Positions 36,321-45,651 of a stretch of DNA of 64,000 nt are shown one piece after another. The position numbers and the translations under genes were made by a program. The stretch covers positions 624,143-688,142 of the forward strand of contig CAVPYU010000005.1 of assembly GCA_963710065.1 (NCBI GenBank). Direction: 5' to 3'. The notes under the pieces are model-generated. The model was not told the DNA's origin. It did not search any database and worked only from the letters and a program-made list of their open reading frames with translations. The stretch is from an uncultured Thermoleophilia bacterium. Lineage in GTDB: Bacteria > Actinomycetota > Thermoleophilia > Solirubrobacterales > CAVPYU01. Numbering within the stretch: position 1 is the stretch's first letter; every line of letters begins with the position of its first letter.

Positions 36321-38327
36321 GTGAGTGAAACTCAGGGCATGACAATTTTGGGAGTTGACGTCGGGGGCACGTTTACCGATGCAGTCCTAATCCACAACGG
36401 TCGGTCATTCACGGCCAAGGCACCGACCACTCCTGAAGATCAGTCGATCGCTGTAGTTGATGTTGCAGAGAAAGTCCTTGACAAAGCGGCACTAGAAGCC
36501 TCGGCTGTCGACCACTTCGCGCATGGGATGACGGTGGCAACCAACGCGCTGCTCGAGCTGAAGGGTGCCCGTACCGGAATGCTTACAACCAAAGGGTTCA
36601 AGGACACGGTCGAGATCGGGCGCCAAGTCCGTCCCGACCTTTACAGGCTTTGTGTACAAAAGCCGGAGCCCCTTGTCCCGCCTGAACGTATATTTGAAGT
36701 CGCCGAAAGGGTGACTCCCAACGGTGTCGAGCAAGCCTTGGACGAGGACACCGTACGAGATGCCTGCGAGCGCTTGAAGAATGCCGGTGTAGATTCGGTG
36801 GCAGTCTGCTTTCTATTCTCCTACCAGACGCCTGAGCACGAGCAGCAGACAGTCAACCTTGTAGGCAAACATCTGCCAGGCGTTCACGTCTCCGCCTCAC
36901 ATGATGTTGTGTCTCAGTTCCGTGAGTACGAGCGCTTCTCGACCACGTGCATAGATGCATACCTGTCGCCGTTGCTCGCAAAATACCTGGAAAGACTGCA
37001 GGCAAAGACCTCGCAACTTGGTCTTCCGAGTCCGATGATCATGCAGTCAAACGGCGGATTGATGAGCGCCAGCGAAGCTTCCGCGCACAGCTCATCGGCA
37101 GTGTTGTCGGGTCCTGCTGGGGGAGCCATCTGTAGCGCGTACTTTGGCGGTCTATCCGGGCACAGTAATTTGATCACAGTAGATATGGGCGGCACATCGT
37201 GCGATGTCAGCGTGGTTGAAGATGGGAAGGTACGACAGACATCCCATCGCGACCTCGAAGGTCGTCCGCTCCAACTACCGATGCTTGACATCAACACCGT
37301 TGGGGCCGGAGGCGGAAGCATTGCCTGGCGCGATCCCGGTGGCGCACTTCGCGTCGGGCCGCACTCGGCCGGCGCCGATCCCGGCCCGGCATGCTACAGC
37401 CGGGGCGGTGTGGATACAACCGTGACCGATGCAAACCTGCTTCTTGGATACCTGGCCCAGGACTCGGTTCTTGCTGGAGGCGTGAGCCTCAAACCTGAGA
37501 CAAGCCAAGATGCAATTGGGGCACTTGCGCACGATCTCAACCTCGACCCCATCGACTGTGCCGCAGGAATTGTGCAGGTGGCAAACCATGAGATGCTGCG
37601 CGCACTACGCGTGATGACCGTTGAACGAGGCCTGGATCCGCGTCAGTTTTCACTGCTTGGGTTCGGCGGTGCAGGTCCCATGCACGCCGCTTCATTGGCA
37701 GACGAACTGGGCATCGACAAAGTCATCTGTCCGAGAGCGTCAGGTGTGTTCTCGGCTCTCGGCCTGGCCGTCTCCGATCGACGTCGTGATCTCACACAGT
37801 CGGTGCTGCTCGCACAGGAGGAGCTAACCCGCGGACGGATAACAGAATCGGTCAAGCTGCTTGCAGATAGGGCGCGCGAACATATAACCGATGCCGAGAT
37901 CGAGACAAGCTACGACCTTAGGTACCGAGGCCAGGCCTTTGAGTTGAACGTCTCCGGCCCACCAGATCCAGATCCGGGACTGCTGAGAGAGAGGTTCGAA
38001 GAACAACACGAATCCAGATACGGCTACGCCGACCCTGAGGCGATCCTAGAACTGGTGACGATAAGGGTCGCAGCGGTATCGCCCGGATATGTCCCGAGTG
38101 TGATTGGCACCCAACCCGGAGGAGAGACCAGGAGGTCGTCACGACCTGCGAGTTTCGATGGAAGTTGGCTCAATACGGAGATCCTTTCTGGTGAGCCGGA
38201 AGCCGGTACAGCAGTCGATGGACCGGCGATCTTTGAGCTACCGGAGGCCACGGTCGTAGTCCCACCGAAGTGGAATGGATCAGTAGACGATCTTGGAACC
38301 GTTTTTTTGGAGAGGAAAAACAGATGA
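36321..38327 (+). CDS. hyuA: hydantoinase/oxoprolinase family, A (beta) subunit
   Basis: It has the GVDVGGTFTD start and an ASKHA-fold, is 668 aa long and is followed by hyuB. Confidence 0.9.
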   Translation: MSETQGMTILGVDVGGTFTDAVLIHNGRSFTAKAPTTPEDQSIAVVDVAEKVLDKAALEASAVDHFAHGMTVATNALLELKGARTGMLTTKGFKDTVEIGRQVRPDLYRLCVQKPEPLVPPERIFEVAERVTPNGVEQALDEDTVRDACERLKNAGVDSVAVCFLFSYQTPEHEQQTVNLVGKHLPGVHVSASHDVVSQFREYERFSTTCIDAYLSPLLAKYLERLQAKTSQLGLPSPMIMQSNGGLMSASEASAHSSSAVLSGPAGGAICSAYFGGLSGHSNLITVDMGGTSCDVSVVEDGKVRQTSHRDLEGRPLQLPMLDINTVGAGGGSIAWRDPGGALRVGPHSAGADPGPACYSRGGVDTTVTDANLLLGYLAQDSVLAGGVSLKPETSQDAIGALAHDLNLDPIDCAAGIVQVANHEMLRALRVMTVERGLDPRQFSLLGFGGAGPMHAASLADELGIDKVICPRASGVFSALGLAVSDRRRDLTQSVLLAQEELTRGRITESVKLLADRAREHITDAEIETSYDLRYRGQAFELNVSGPPDPDPGLLRERFEEQHESRYGYADPEAILELVTIRVAAVSPGYVPSVIGTQPGGETRRSSRPASFDGSWLNTEILSGEPEAGTAVDGPAIFELPEATVVVPPKWNGSVDDLGTVFLERKNR

Positions 38328-38382
38328 TCTGCACAGAGATACGGAAGACCGATCGAAATGACTTTCGGGGAGGATCGAGCCC

Positions 38383-39904
38383 TTGGATCCAGTGACCCTA
38401 CAGGTACTCCTCGCTTCGCTGCGTTCAACCTGCGAGCAGATGGGCGCAGTTCTTGTGCATGCAGCGTTCTCGGCAAACGTCAAAGAGCGTCGAGACGGAT
38501 CAACGGCACTGTTTGATGCAAGTGGCGAGATGGTCATGCAAGCCGAACAGATCCCCGTCCATCTCGGTTCGATGCCTGATTCCGTAGCAGTGGTACTTGA
38601 TAGAGACCACCGGCCGGAAGATATCTACATTTTGAACGATCCCTTCGCAGGGGGCACGCACCTGCCGGACATCACTCTGGTATCGCCGCTTTTTATTGAG
38701 GGAGAGCTGCTCGGTTTTGCGGCCAGTCGAGCACATCATGCAGACGTAGGTGGTGCTGTTCCGGCAAGCATGCCCGCCCAAAGCCATGAGATCTATCAAG
38801 AGGGGCTTGTTATACCCCCGATACGTCTAATGCGCGCAGGACAGCTCGATGAAGACCTGATGGATCTACTTTTGGCAAACATGAGGAATCCCGGTGAGCG
38901 CGAGGCCGATCTGCGAGCCCAGATTGCTTCAAACAGAAGGGCGCAGTCGGATGTGTGCGAACTCGCAGAGAAATACGGGGTAGAGCTGTTGACACGATGC
39001 CATGCGAGAGGTTCTTGACTATGCAGAACGCCGCACTCGTGCATCTATCGAGCAGATGCCAGATGGCACATACAGCGCCGAGGATGCAATGGAGTCCGAC
39101 TCTGATGGAAGTACTCGCGACCTGGCGATCAAGGTGGTCGTGAGAATCGAGGGCTCGAACATACAGATCGACTTTGACGGAACTGCACCACAGGATCAAG
39201 GCAACCTAAACTGCCCACTGTCTGTCACCAAATCCGCTGCCTACTTCGTGTTGCGCGTTGTAACTGACCCCGACATCCCTCCCTGCGCCGGCTCATACCG
39301 CACGGTCGACGTGATTGCACCGCCGAACTCGATGGTCAACGCAGTGCATCCTTCGGCAGTAGCGGGTGGAAACGTGGAGACCTCTAGCCGGATCGCAGAC
39401 GTAATCCTTGCGGCATTCTGGCAAGCTGTGCCGGCGCCGGCACAGGGTCAAGGAACTATGAACAATCTCACTCTCGGCAACAGGAGGTTCACCTACTACG
39501 AAACTATGGGCGGAGGTCAGGGCGCATGTTCTAATGCAGACGGCCCTTCGGCGGTTCACGTTGCGATGAGCAATACGTTGAACACGCCGATTGAGGCACT
39601 GGAGCTCGAGTACCCGCTGCGGGTGAGGCGGTATGAGATTCGTAGAGGTTCGGGTGGCCGTGGTGAATTCAACGGTGGTGACGGCATCGTCCGTGAATTG
39701 GAAGCACTCGAGGAGATGCGCTACTCGCTGCTCACGGAGCGTCGTCGGCACACCCCACACGGTACGGACGGCGGCGAGGATGCAAAACCGGGACGCAACC
39801 TACTAAACGGCAAAGAGCTTCCAAGCAAGACTTCCGGTCACCTGGCTGCAGGTGACACCCTGAGGATCGAAACACCCGGCGGCGGCGGATACGGAAGGCC
39901 CTAG
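38383..39904 (+). pseudogene. hyuB: hydantoinase B/oxoprolinase family gene split by a frameshift (ORFs 38383..39018 and 39002..39904)
   Basis: The two consecutive ORFs together span one HyuB-like protein (N part DPVTLQV...HLPD..., C part MREVLDYAERR...GGGYG). Dropping one nt near 38993-38995 restores ELLTDAMREVLDY. Confidence 0.8.
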
Positions 39905-39912
39905 TCAATCAT

Positions 39913-41127
39913 CTAGATATAGCCACGAGTTCGCTCTGCCTCGGCAACCCGCTCCATGCCCAGCTCAAACGATGCCAAACGCAGTGAGATGTCCCTCTCA
40001 AGTGCTCTACCCCGGACCTCACGGTACGCCCGGCGGACAATGTCCACCAACCTTTCATATACCTCGTGCTCGTCCCAGTGGAAGTGCTGAAGGTTCTGAA
40101 CCCATTCGAAGTACGAGACGATCACGCCACCTGAGTTCGCGAGTATGTCCGGAATGATAAAAACTCCCTCCTCTTCCAGAGCTGCGTCTGCTGCCGGAGT
40201 CGTCGGACTGTTCGCTCCCTCGAGCACCATCTTGCAGTTGAGTAGCTCAACGGTTTTGCGGTTGATCGTCCCCGCGAGCGCCGCCGGCACAAATACATCG
40301 CACTCAAGCCCGTAGAACTGGTTGAGATCGATCTTTTCCGCTCCGTCAAAATCGGGCAGCGATCCTCCCTTTGAGATGAAATCGTGAGCGGCATCGACGT
40401 CTATCCCGTCAGGCTCGTGGACAGCCCCATCGCTGGTGGACAAGCCGATAATCTTGCAACCTGCATCCTGCATGAACCGTGCAGCCCAATAGCCGACTTG
40501 ACCGAATCCCTGAATAACAACCGATGCTCTGGTGGGAGAGACACCGACCTCGGGTGCAGATTCCTGAAATAGAAACACCAGACTACGGGCAGGCGCTGAC
40601 TCCCTGCCAGCAGAGCCGCCTAAAGAGATGGGTTTCCCAGTGACGATCGCTGGAGTATGGCCGTGAAACTTTCCATACTCGTCCATCATCCACGCCATTA
40701 CCTGTTCATCTGTGCCCATATCCGGCGCCATAATGTCTCGTGTTGGACCAAGTACCCGCTGCACCTTGCCTAAAAAACTGCGGCTGATGGCCTCGAGCTC
40801 TCTTTTAGAGAGCGTTTTACATGAACAGTTGACTCCTCCTTTCGCTCCACCAAACGGGATATCAACCAGCGCCGTCTTCCAGCTCATCAGGCTGGCCATC
40901 GATCTGACCTCATCGAGATCTACTTCCCTGTGAAAGCGAAGACCCCCCTTGTAGGGGCCGCGCGCTCCGTTGTGCTGCACCCTGTATCCGTGATACAGCC
41001 TTATCGCGCCGTCATCCATCTTCATAGGGACCTGAACGGTGATCTCACGATACGGGGTCTCTAAAACCTTGCGCATATCGACGCCTAAATCCAGCCTGTC
41101 GGAGACAATCTCGACGTAGTGGCTCAC
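39913..41127 (-). CDS. gdh: Glu/Leu/Phe/Val dehydrogenase (glutamate dehydrogenase-like)
   Basis: It has the catalytic Lys motif IPFGGAKGGV and the Rossmann motif VVIQGFGQVG, and is 404 aa long with a GTG start. Confidence 0.9.
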   Translation of the reverse strand: MSHYVEIVSDRLDLGVDMRKVLETPYREITVQVPMKMDDGAIRLYHGYRVQHNGARGPYKGGLRFHREVDLDEVRSMASLMSWKTALVDIPFGGAKGGVNCSCKTLSKRELEAISRSFLGKVQRVLGPTRDIMAPDMGTDEQVMAWMMDEYGKFHGHTPAIVTGKPISLGGSAGRESAPARSLVFLFQESAPEVGVSPTRASVVIQGFGQVGYWAARFMQDAGCKIIGLSTSDGAVHEPDGIDVDAAHDFISKGGSLPDFDGAEKIDLNQFYGLECDVFVPAALAGTINRKTVELLNCKMVLEGANSPTTPAADAALEEEGVFIIPDILANSGGVIVSYFEWVQNLQHFHWDEHEVYERLVDIVRRAYREVRGRALERDISLRLASFELGMERVAEAERTRGYI

Positions 41128-41401
41128 CGTCTCGAGACCCGTGTTCTCAGGCCTTATAAGTTCAGTGTCACGATCGTTGGATTCTCTTTGTTTTGACTCT
41201 TCAGATATCGCAAACCTCCTATCGGGCCCTATGCATATTGTCCCTCAAAAGTATTCTTTTTGCCCTTTTGCAGGCAAAATTTCGCGGTCCGGCCAATGCG
41301 CCAAGAGCAGCCGACCCCGAATCCCGCTGATTTGATCTGGTTATCATCAAGAAGTAACCGGCAAGGGAATAGCAAGCCGCACTATCGACCGCCTAGTCAA
41401 C

Positions 41402-41488
41402 ATGGACCGCACCGAGGAGCTTTGCCTTCTGACAGCAGCCTTCTGCGCATTTGGATCGGCAGTCGCCGCCCAGGCACGCCACAACTAA
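41402..41488 (+). CDS. small ORF copy 1 (MDRTEELCLLTAAFCAFGSAVAAQARHN); conserved coding signal starts at 41360 without a canonical start
   Basis: This is the paralogue of 41649..41822. The frame is open from 41336, but the first ATG is at 41402. Homology to copy 2 extends 14 codons upstream of that ATG. Confidence 0.4.
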   Translation: MDRTEELCLLTAAFCAFGSAVAAQARHN

Positions 41489-41648
41489 CAGCTAGCGATA
41501 GTCCTATCTCCCTTCACCCCAGTAGCTCTTATCGATCGGGCCTTTCATCAAACTTCAGGAACCGCGCAAATAAATCTAAATTATAAGCGTAATTATTTGG
41601 CCATTTCTGCGTCTATATATACAAGGAGATATTGGTAAGGAAGCCAAA

Positions 41649-41822
41649 ATGCAAGCAACGACTAGGACAAGAACGGACTCTCAATCCACCTCCGGCGAAG
41701 GCCTCGCAAGTCGAGCTATGGACCGCCTCGTCAACATGGACCGCACCGAAGAGCTGTGCCTTCTGACCGCCGCCTTCTGCGCATTCGGATCGGCAGTCGC
41801 TGCCCAGATGCGTAACACCTGA
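41649..41822 (+). CDS. small ORF copy 2, 57 aa (MQATTRTRTDSQSTSGEGLASRAMDRLVNMDRTEELCLLTAAFCAFGSAVAAQMRNT)
   Basis: The ATG is preceded by AAGGAAG at a 5-nt spacing. A 29-codon core shared with copy 1 differs only at 7 synonymous third positions. Confidence 0.6.
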   Translation: MQATTRTRTDSQSTSGEGLASRAMDRLVNMDRTEELCLLTAAFCAFGSAVAAQMRNT

Positions 41823-41893
41823 TCTGTTTAGCGGTCACCCTGCTCAAAGAGACCTGGTAGCGCTGACGGCAATCCGCCTAGCTACAAGACCCG

Positions 41894-42115
41894 TTACTTG
41901 TACCGGTAAGTTATCCGCCCTCTGGATAGGTCGTAGGGTGAAACCTCTACCTTCACCCGGTCTCCAGGCAGGATGCGGATATAGTGCCTGCGCATCTTTC
42001 CCGATATGTGTCCAAGCACTTCGTGATCGTTATCCAGCTTGACCTTGAACATGGTGTTCGGCAAGGCTTCGAGAACTTCACCTTCAAATTCGATTTTTTC
42101 TTCTGTCTTAGCGAT
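41894..42115 (-). CDS. infA: translation initiation factor IF-1 (non-canonical ATC at the start position)
   Basis: Hand translation gives (I)[72 protein letters not shown]. An in-frame TAA lies 4 codons upstream, and no ATG/GTG/TTG occurs before residue 22. Confidence 0.85.
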   Translation of the reverse strand: MAKTEEKIEFEGEVLEALPNTMFKVKLDNDHEVLGHISGKMRRHYIRILPGDRVKVEVSPYDLSRGRITYRYK

Positions 42116-42174
42116 GGCGGTAGTTTAGCCTGCTGGACTATCTATGGCAGTTTATTGCTTACAAAGGTGAGGTT

Positions 42175-43332
42175 TTATGACTTAGGTAACGGCTTGATCT
42201 CACCAGCATCCTCGCCTGAGGGGATCTCCGATCGCTCAACCCTGTTCCTGCCGGTTCGTTTAGCGCGCAACAGAGCGTCGTCAGCCGAACGCAGCAGCTG
42301 GTCGGCGTCCATATCGCCACTGTACTGAGAGACTCCACAGCTCATAGTTATTGTTCCAGATGGTGAGTTGATCTTGCTGACGGCATCTCGGAAACGCTCT
42401 GCCGCAACCGCGGCGCCTGAGAGGTCAACGTCTCTCAGGACGACAACAAACTCCTCCCCGCCGTATCTGAAACACTTGTCGCTCGTACGTGCTGTTCTGG
42501 CGATCGCAACGCCGACCCGCGCAAGGAGGTCGTCGCCTTCGCGATGGCCGAAACGATCGTTCACCTGTTTGAAATGATCCAAGTCGGAGAGAACTATCGA
42601 CAGTGGCCTTAAAGAGCGCTCGGCATGTGCTATCTCACTGTGAAGCGTCTCCCAGAATCCACGCTGATTTCCCAGCCCGGTCAGCGAGTCAAGCCTTGCC
42701 AACCTGCTTGCCTCGCTTTGGTCGAGTTCCAACTGACGGTTCCGTGCACGAACATCCGACATCATCAAGACAATCACGAAACCGAGACCAAGCCAGAGGA
42801 TCAGACTCAAGAAAGTACGACCGAAGAATGCCGTGCTCGATCCGTGATAGACAATTGGTGCGAGGGCGAGTACAACAATAAACCCGTTGTACACCAGCCA
42901 CCGTCGCAGCGGATGGACCGCTGCCACACAGACAAGCGGGATAAGATAAAGCTCCGAATACAGTGAGTGGAAACCCTCCCCCGCCCACACAAGTACAGCG
43001 ATCTGAATCGAAGCTATGTAGCTGCTTAACAAAAGGACATTCGGCGACTGCACCCATGTCCCTGAGAGAAGGAGGAAGCCGACCCCAGTCCACACGACAA
43101 TATTGCCCGCGAGTATGAACCAACCGAGTGAGCTTTGCACCGTCGGTTGCTCAAAGGGAACAAGAAAGAGCGCTAGCCCGACAAGTACAAAGGCAAGCGC
43201 CCCGCCCAGCCGACTTGCGACCGAGAGCTCCAGACCCCTGTACGGAACCCTGGTCTGCGCTATCAGCCTCCCAAGGGCCGGGAATATCGGCTTGCTTACC
43301 CTTAGTCTCTTTTTAAAGGACATCTTGCTCAT
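42175..43332 (-). CDS. membrane-anchored diguanylate cyclase (GGDEF domain)
   Basis: It has about 6 N-terminal TM helices and a GGDEF domain with RYGGEEF. Confidence 0.85.
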   Translation of the reverse strand: MSKMSFKKRLRVSKPIFPALGRLIAQTRVPYRGLELSVASRLGGALAFVLVGLALFLVPFEQPTVQSSLGWFILAGNIVVWTGVGFLLLSGTWVQSPNVLLLSSYIASIQIAVLVWAGEGFHSLYSELYLIPLVCVAAVHPLRRWLVYNGFIVVLALAPIVYHGSSTAFFGRTFLSLILWLGLGFVIVLMMSDVRARNRQLELDQSEASRLARLDSLTGLGNQRGFWETLHSEIAHAERSLRPLSIVLSDLDHFKQVNDRFGHREGDDLLARVGVAIARTARTSDKCFRYGGEEFVVVLRDVDLSGAAVAAERFRDAVSKINSPSGTITMSCGVSQYSGDMDADQLLRSADDALLRAKRTGRNRVERSEIPSGEDAGEIKPLPKS

Positions 43333-43480
43333 TACTTCACTCTACCTATCGGTATTTCAGCCGCGAATCATCACTGTTTCTCATTGTTATGACGTTAATA
43401 ACGCACATAAATGCCGCAATTTGGCCAAATGTCGGTCTCTTTTTTGGTTACTGGTTCGATATCGCACACGCAATTCCACC

Positions 43481-43906
43481 CTAACTGACAACTTCGGTCA
43501 GGAAGACAACTACGACCCCGAGGCTGAGAAACACGATGAATACCCATACAAAAGCACGAAAGATACGACTTCTAGAGCCTTCGTCACCTGCTTCTCTCGA
43601 CGGTAGAAGATCCGCCTCGTGTAAAACCGCCCGCGCGGCCTCGGCTGCAGATAATGGAGCCATAACGTCTCTCGGCCCGGCTGCGAGAAAATCCGGTACG
43701 TCAAAGCCGGCGCTTCTGCGTACGGTCGTAGGTATGCCCTCCTCGAGAAGTATTAGCTGGACCATCTCTGCCTCGGATTGGTTCTTGCCCCACCCGACTT
43801 TGACCAGCTCTCCCTGCGTGTATTCCCGCTTGATCTTTTGCGCTTGACTTCGTAAGTCGAGTTCGATCGGCTCATCTATCCCTCCCGCTCCCTTAGAGTC
43901 AGTCAA
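43481..43906 (-). CDS. hypothetical protein with C-terminal TM helix (DUF2007-like impression)
   Basis: This track ORF overlaps the mec stop by 4 nt, suggesting co-translation. The C-terminal hydrophobic helix is FVWVFIVFLSLGVVVVFL. Confidence 0.5.
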   Translation of the reverse strand: MTDSKGAGGIDEPIELDLRSQAQKIKREYTQGELVKVGWGKNQSEAEMVQLILLEEGIPTTVRRSAGFDVPDFLAAGPRDVMAPLSAAEAARAVLHEADLLPSREAGDEGSRSRIFRAFVWVFIVFLSLGVVVVFLTEVVS

Positions 43907-44307
43907 GATCGATCCTTGATAGAAAGCATTTCCTCCTTGACCTTTCCTTCCTTTATATAAAAGGCGCGCACGTCGGGACTTGACTCATCTTCCAGTGAGA
44001 CAATCAGATAGAGGCTGTCGGGATAGAAGGCAAGATTAATATCGGTCTGGGATGGATATGCTGCACTGGCAGTATGTGAGTGATATATCGCTGCCAGATC
44101 CTCTCCATTCTCTTCAATGTCCTTGAGAATACGGTACTGGTCATCGGAACCAAGGCTGTAACGAAAGGGACTTTTTTCAGCATTTGCCACCCTGACCACC
44201 CTTGTCGCAACACCGTCGGCTCCGGCTACCATGCCACAACACTCGTTCGGTGCATCCTCGCGCGCGTGAGCGATCATTTCGTCTATCTGCTCCTGCGTTA
44301 TCTCCAT
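43903..44307 (-). CDS. mec: JAMM/MPN+ metalloprotease (Mec-type, CysO-processing)
   Basis: It has the JAMM motif (E in NECCG; HSHTASAAYPSQTD). The start is placed at ATG 44307 (MEITQEQ), because the track start 44373 overlaps cysM. Confidence 0.85.
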   Translation of the reverse strand: MEITQEQIDEMIAHAREDAPNECCGMVAGADGVATRVVRVANAEKSPFRYSLGSDDQYRILKDIEENGEDLAAIYHSHTASAAYPSQTDINLAFYPDSLYLIVSLEDESSPDVRAFYIKEGKVKEEMLSIKDRS

Positions 44308-44353
44308 GTTGACCAGTAGTTTCCTTAAAGAGATGGATAGTGAGCTTGCTCTT

Positions 44354-45325
44354 CTACCACCACACCGTCTCATCGATGCTCTGTTCCAGCTCTTCTATCG
44401 GTTTTGTCCACAGCCCGGCGGATATGTACTTCCACCCATCGTCCGGAACGATCATCACTACATTACCGCCGTCCAGCTCGGACGCTATCCGATGCGCAAC
44501 TGCAAGAATCGCACCTGATGAAACGCCGGCGAATATTCCTTCCTCTGAAAGCAGCTTGCGCGTCCAGATAAGGGCGTCGCGATTGGTTACCACGATCTTA
44601 CGATCGAGTAGGGAGATGTCGATGATCGGCGGGATGAAGCCGTCTTCTAACGACCGCAGACCCTGAACGGGCTCACCCTGCATCGGTTCGGCAGCCACTA
44701 TTTTTGTGTCCGCACTGTGTTCCTTCAAGAATCTGCCCACTCCCATCAACGTCCCGCCGGTACCCAGACCAGCACAGAAAGCAGCGACATCGTCAAGCTG
44801 CTCAAGTATCTCTGGCCCGGTACCTTCGTAGTGCGCCTGGGGATTTGCCTCGTTTCCGTACTGGTACGGCATGTAGTAGGAGGAGTCGTTCTCTGCCATC
44901 TCAAGTGCCAGCTCAACTGCGCCGTTTGACCCCTTCGACCCCTCCGAATAGACGATCTGTGCTCCGTAGGCCGTCAAAAGCTCAGTGCGTTCGCTTGTCA
45001 CGTTGTCAGGCATTACGACCTTCAGCGGATAGCCCCTGCGAATGCAAACCATGCCAAGGGATATGCCCGTGTTGCCAGAGGTCGGCTCCAGAACCGTCTG
45101 ACCCATCTCGATCGAGCCATCTGCCTCAGCCTTTTCGATCATCTTTCGCGCGATTCTGTCCTTGATCGAGCCGGTTGGGTTGTAACCCTCCAACTTCGCA
45201 TACATGTGCACGTCAGGCTTGGGCGAGAGTCGCTTCAACTCAACGATCGGCGTATTACCGATCGAAGCGACGATATCTTCGTAACTGCCCGGACACGGGT
45301 GCGACTTCACAGAGTTCCCCAGCAT
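44354..45325 (-). CDS. cysM: cysteine synthase (PLP-dependent, CysM/CysK family)
   Basis: It has IGNTPIVEL, the PLP Lys in NPTGSIKDR, and SGNTG. It is adjacent to cysO and mec. Confidence 0.9.
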   Translation of the reverse strand: MLGNSVKSHPCPGSYEDIVASIGNTPIVELKRLSPKPDVHMYAKLEGYNPTGSIKDRIARKMIEKAEADGSIEMGQTVLEPTSGNTGISLGMVCIRRGYPLKVVMPDNVTSERTELLTAYGAQIVYSEGSKGSNGAVELALEMAENDSSYYMPYQYGNEANPQAHYEGTGPEILEQLDDVAAFCAGLGTGGTLMGVGRFLKEHSADTKIVAAEPMQGEPVQGLRSLEDGFIPPIIDISLLDRKIVVTNRDALIWTRKLLSEEGIFAGVSSGAILAVAHRIASELDGGNVVMIVPDDGWKYISAGLWTKPIEELEQSIDETVWW

Positions 45326-45337
45326 GATCCAAGGGTA

Positions 45338-45613
45338 CTAGCTGCCCCCGGCCATCGCGGGCAGGATGACGACGGTGTCCTCGTCACCTACCTCGGTCTC
45401 GACACCGGAGAGCATACGTACGTCCTCGTCGTTTAAGTAGACGTTGACGTAGCGGTTTAACGCACCGTCTGCTGAAAAAATCTGGCTCTTTGTCTTCGGA
45501 TGCTTCGCTGCGAGCGCTTGTAGGCACCCCTCGATGTTCTCTCCTGTTACCTCAACCTCCGAATTTCCTCCGGTGGCATCTCTAAGAACGGGCGGGATCT
45601 TGATCTTGCTCAT
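45338..45613 (-). CDS. cysO: MoaD/ThiS-family sulfur-carrier protein (CysO-like), C-terminus ...AMAGGS
   Basis: It is a 91-aa beta-grasp protein whose C-terminal Gly-Gly is followed by one extra Ser. Confidence 0.85.
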   Translation of the reverse strand: MSKIKIPPVLRDATGGNSEVEVTGENIEGCLQALAAKHPKTKSQIFSADGALNRYVNVYLNDEDVRMLSGVETEVGDEDTVVILPAMAGGS

Positions 45614-45651
45614 CGTCGATATCCAATCAGTTTAAGCTTTTGATACGGGCG

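Noticed and set aside
41260-41586. A 108-aa track ORF covers small-ORF copy 1.
   Set aside because: It uses a different frame from the one conserved between the two paralogous copies. Synonymous-only divergence supports the other frame.
41984-42328. A 114-aa plus-strand ORF appears in the track.
   Set aside because: It is antisense to infA and to the 3' end of the GGDEF gene.
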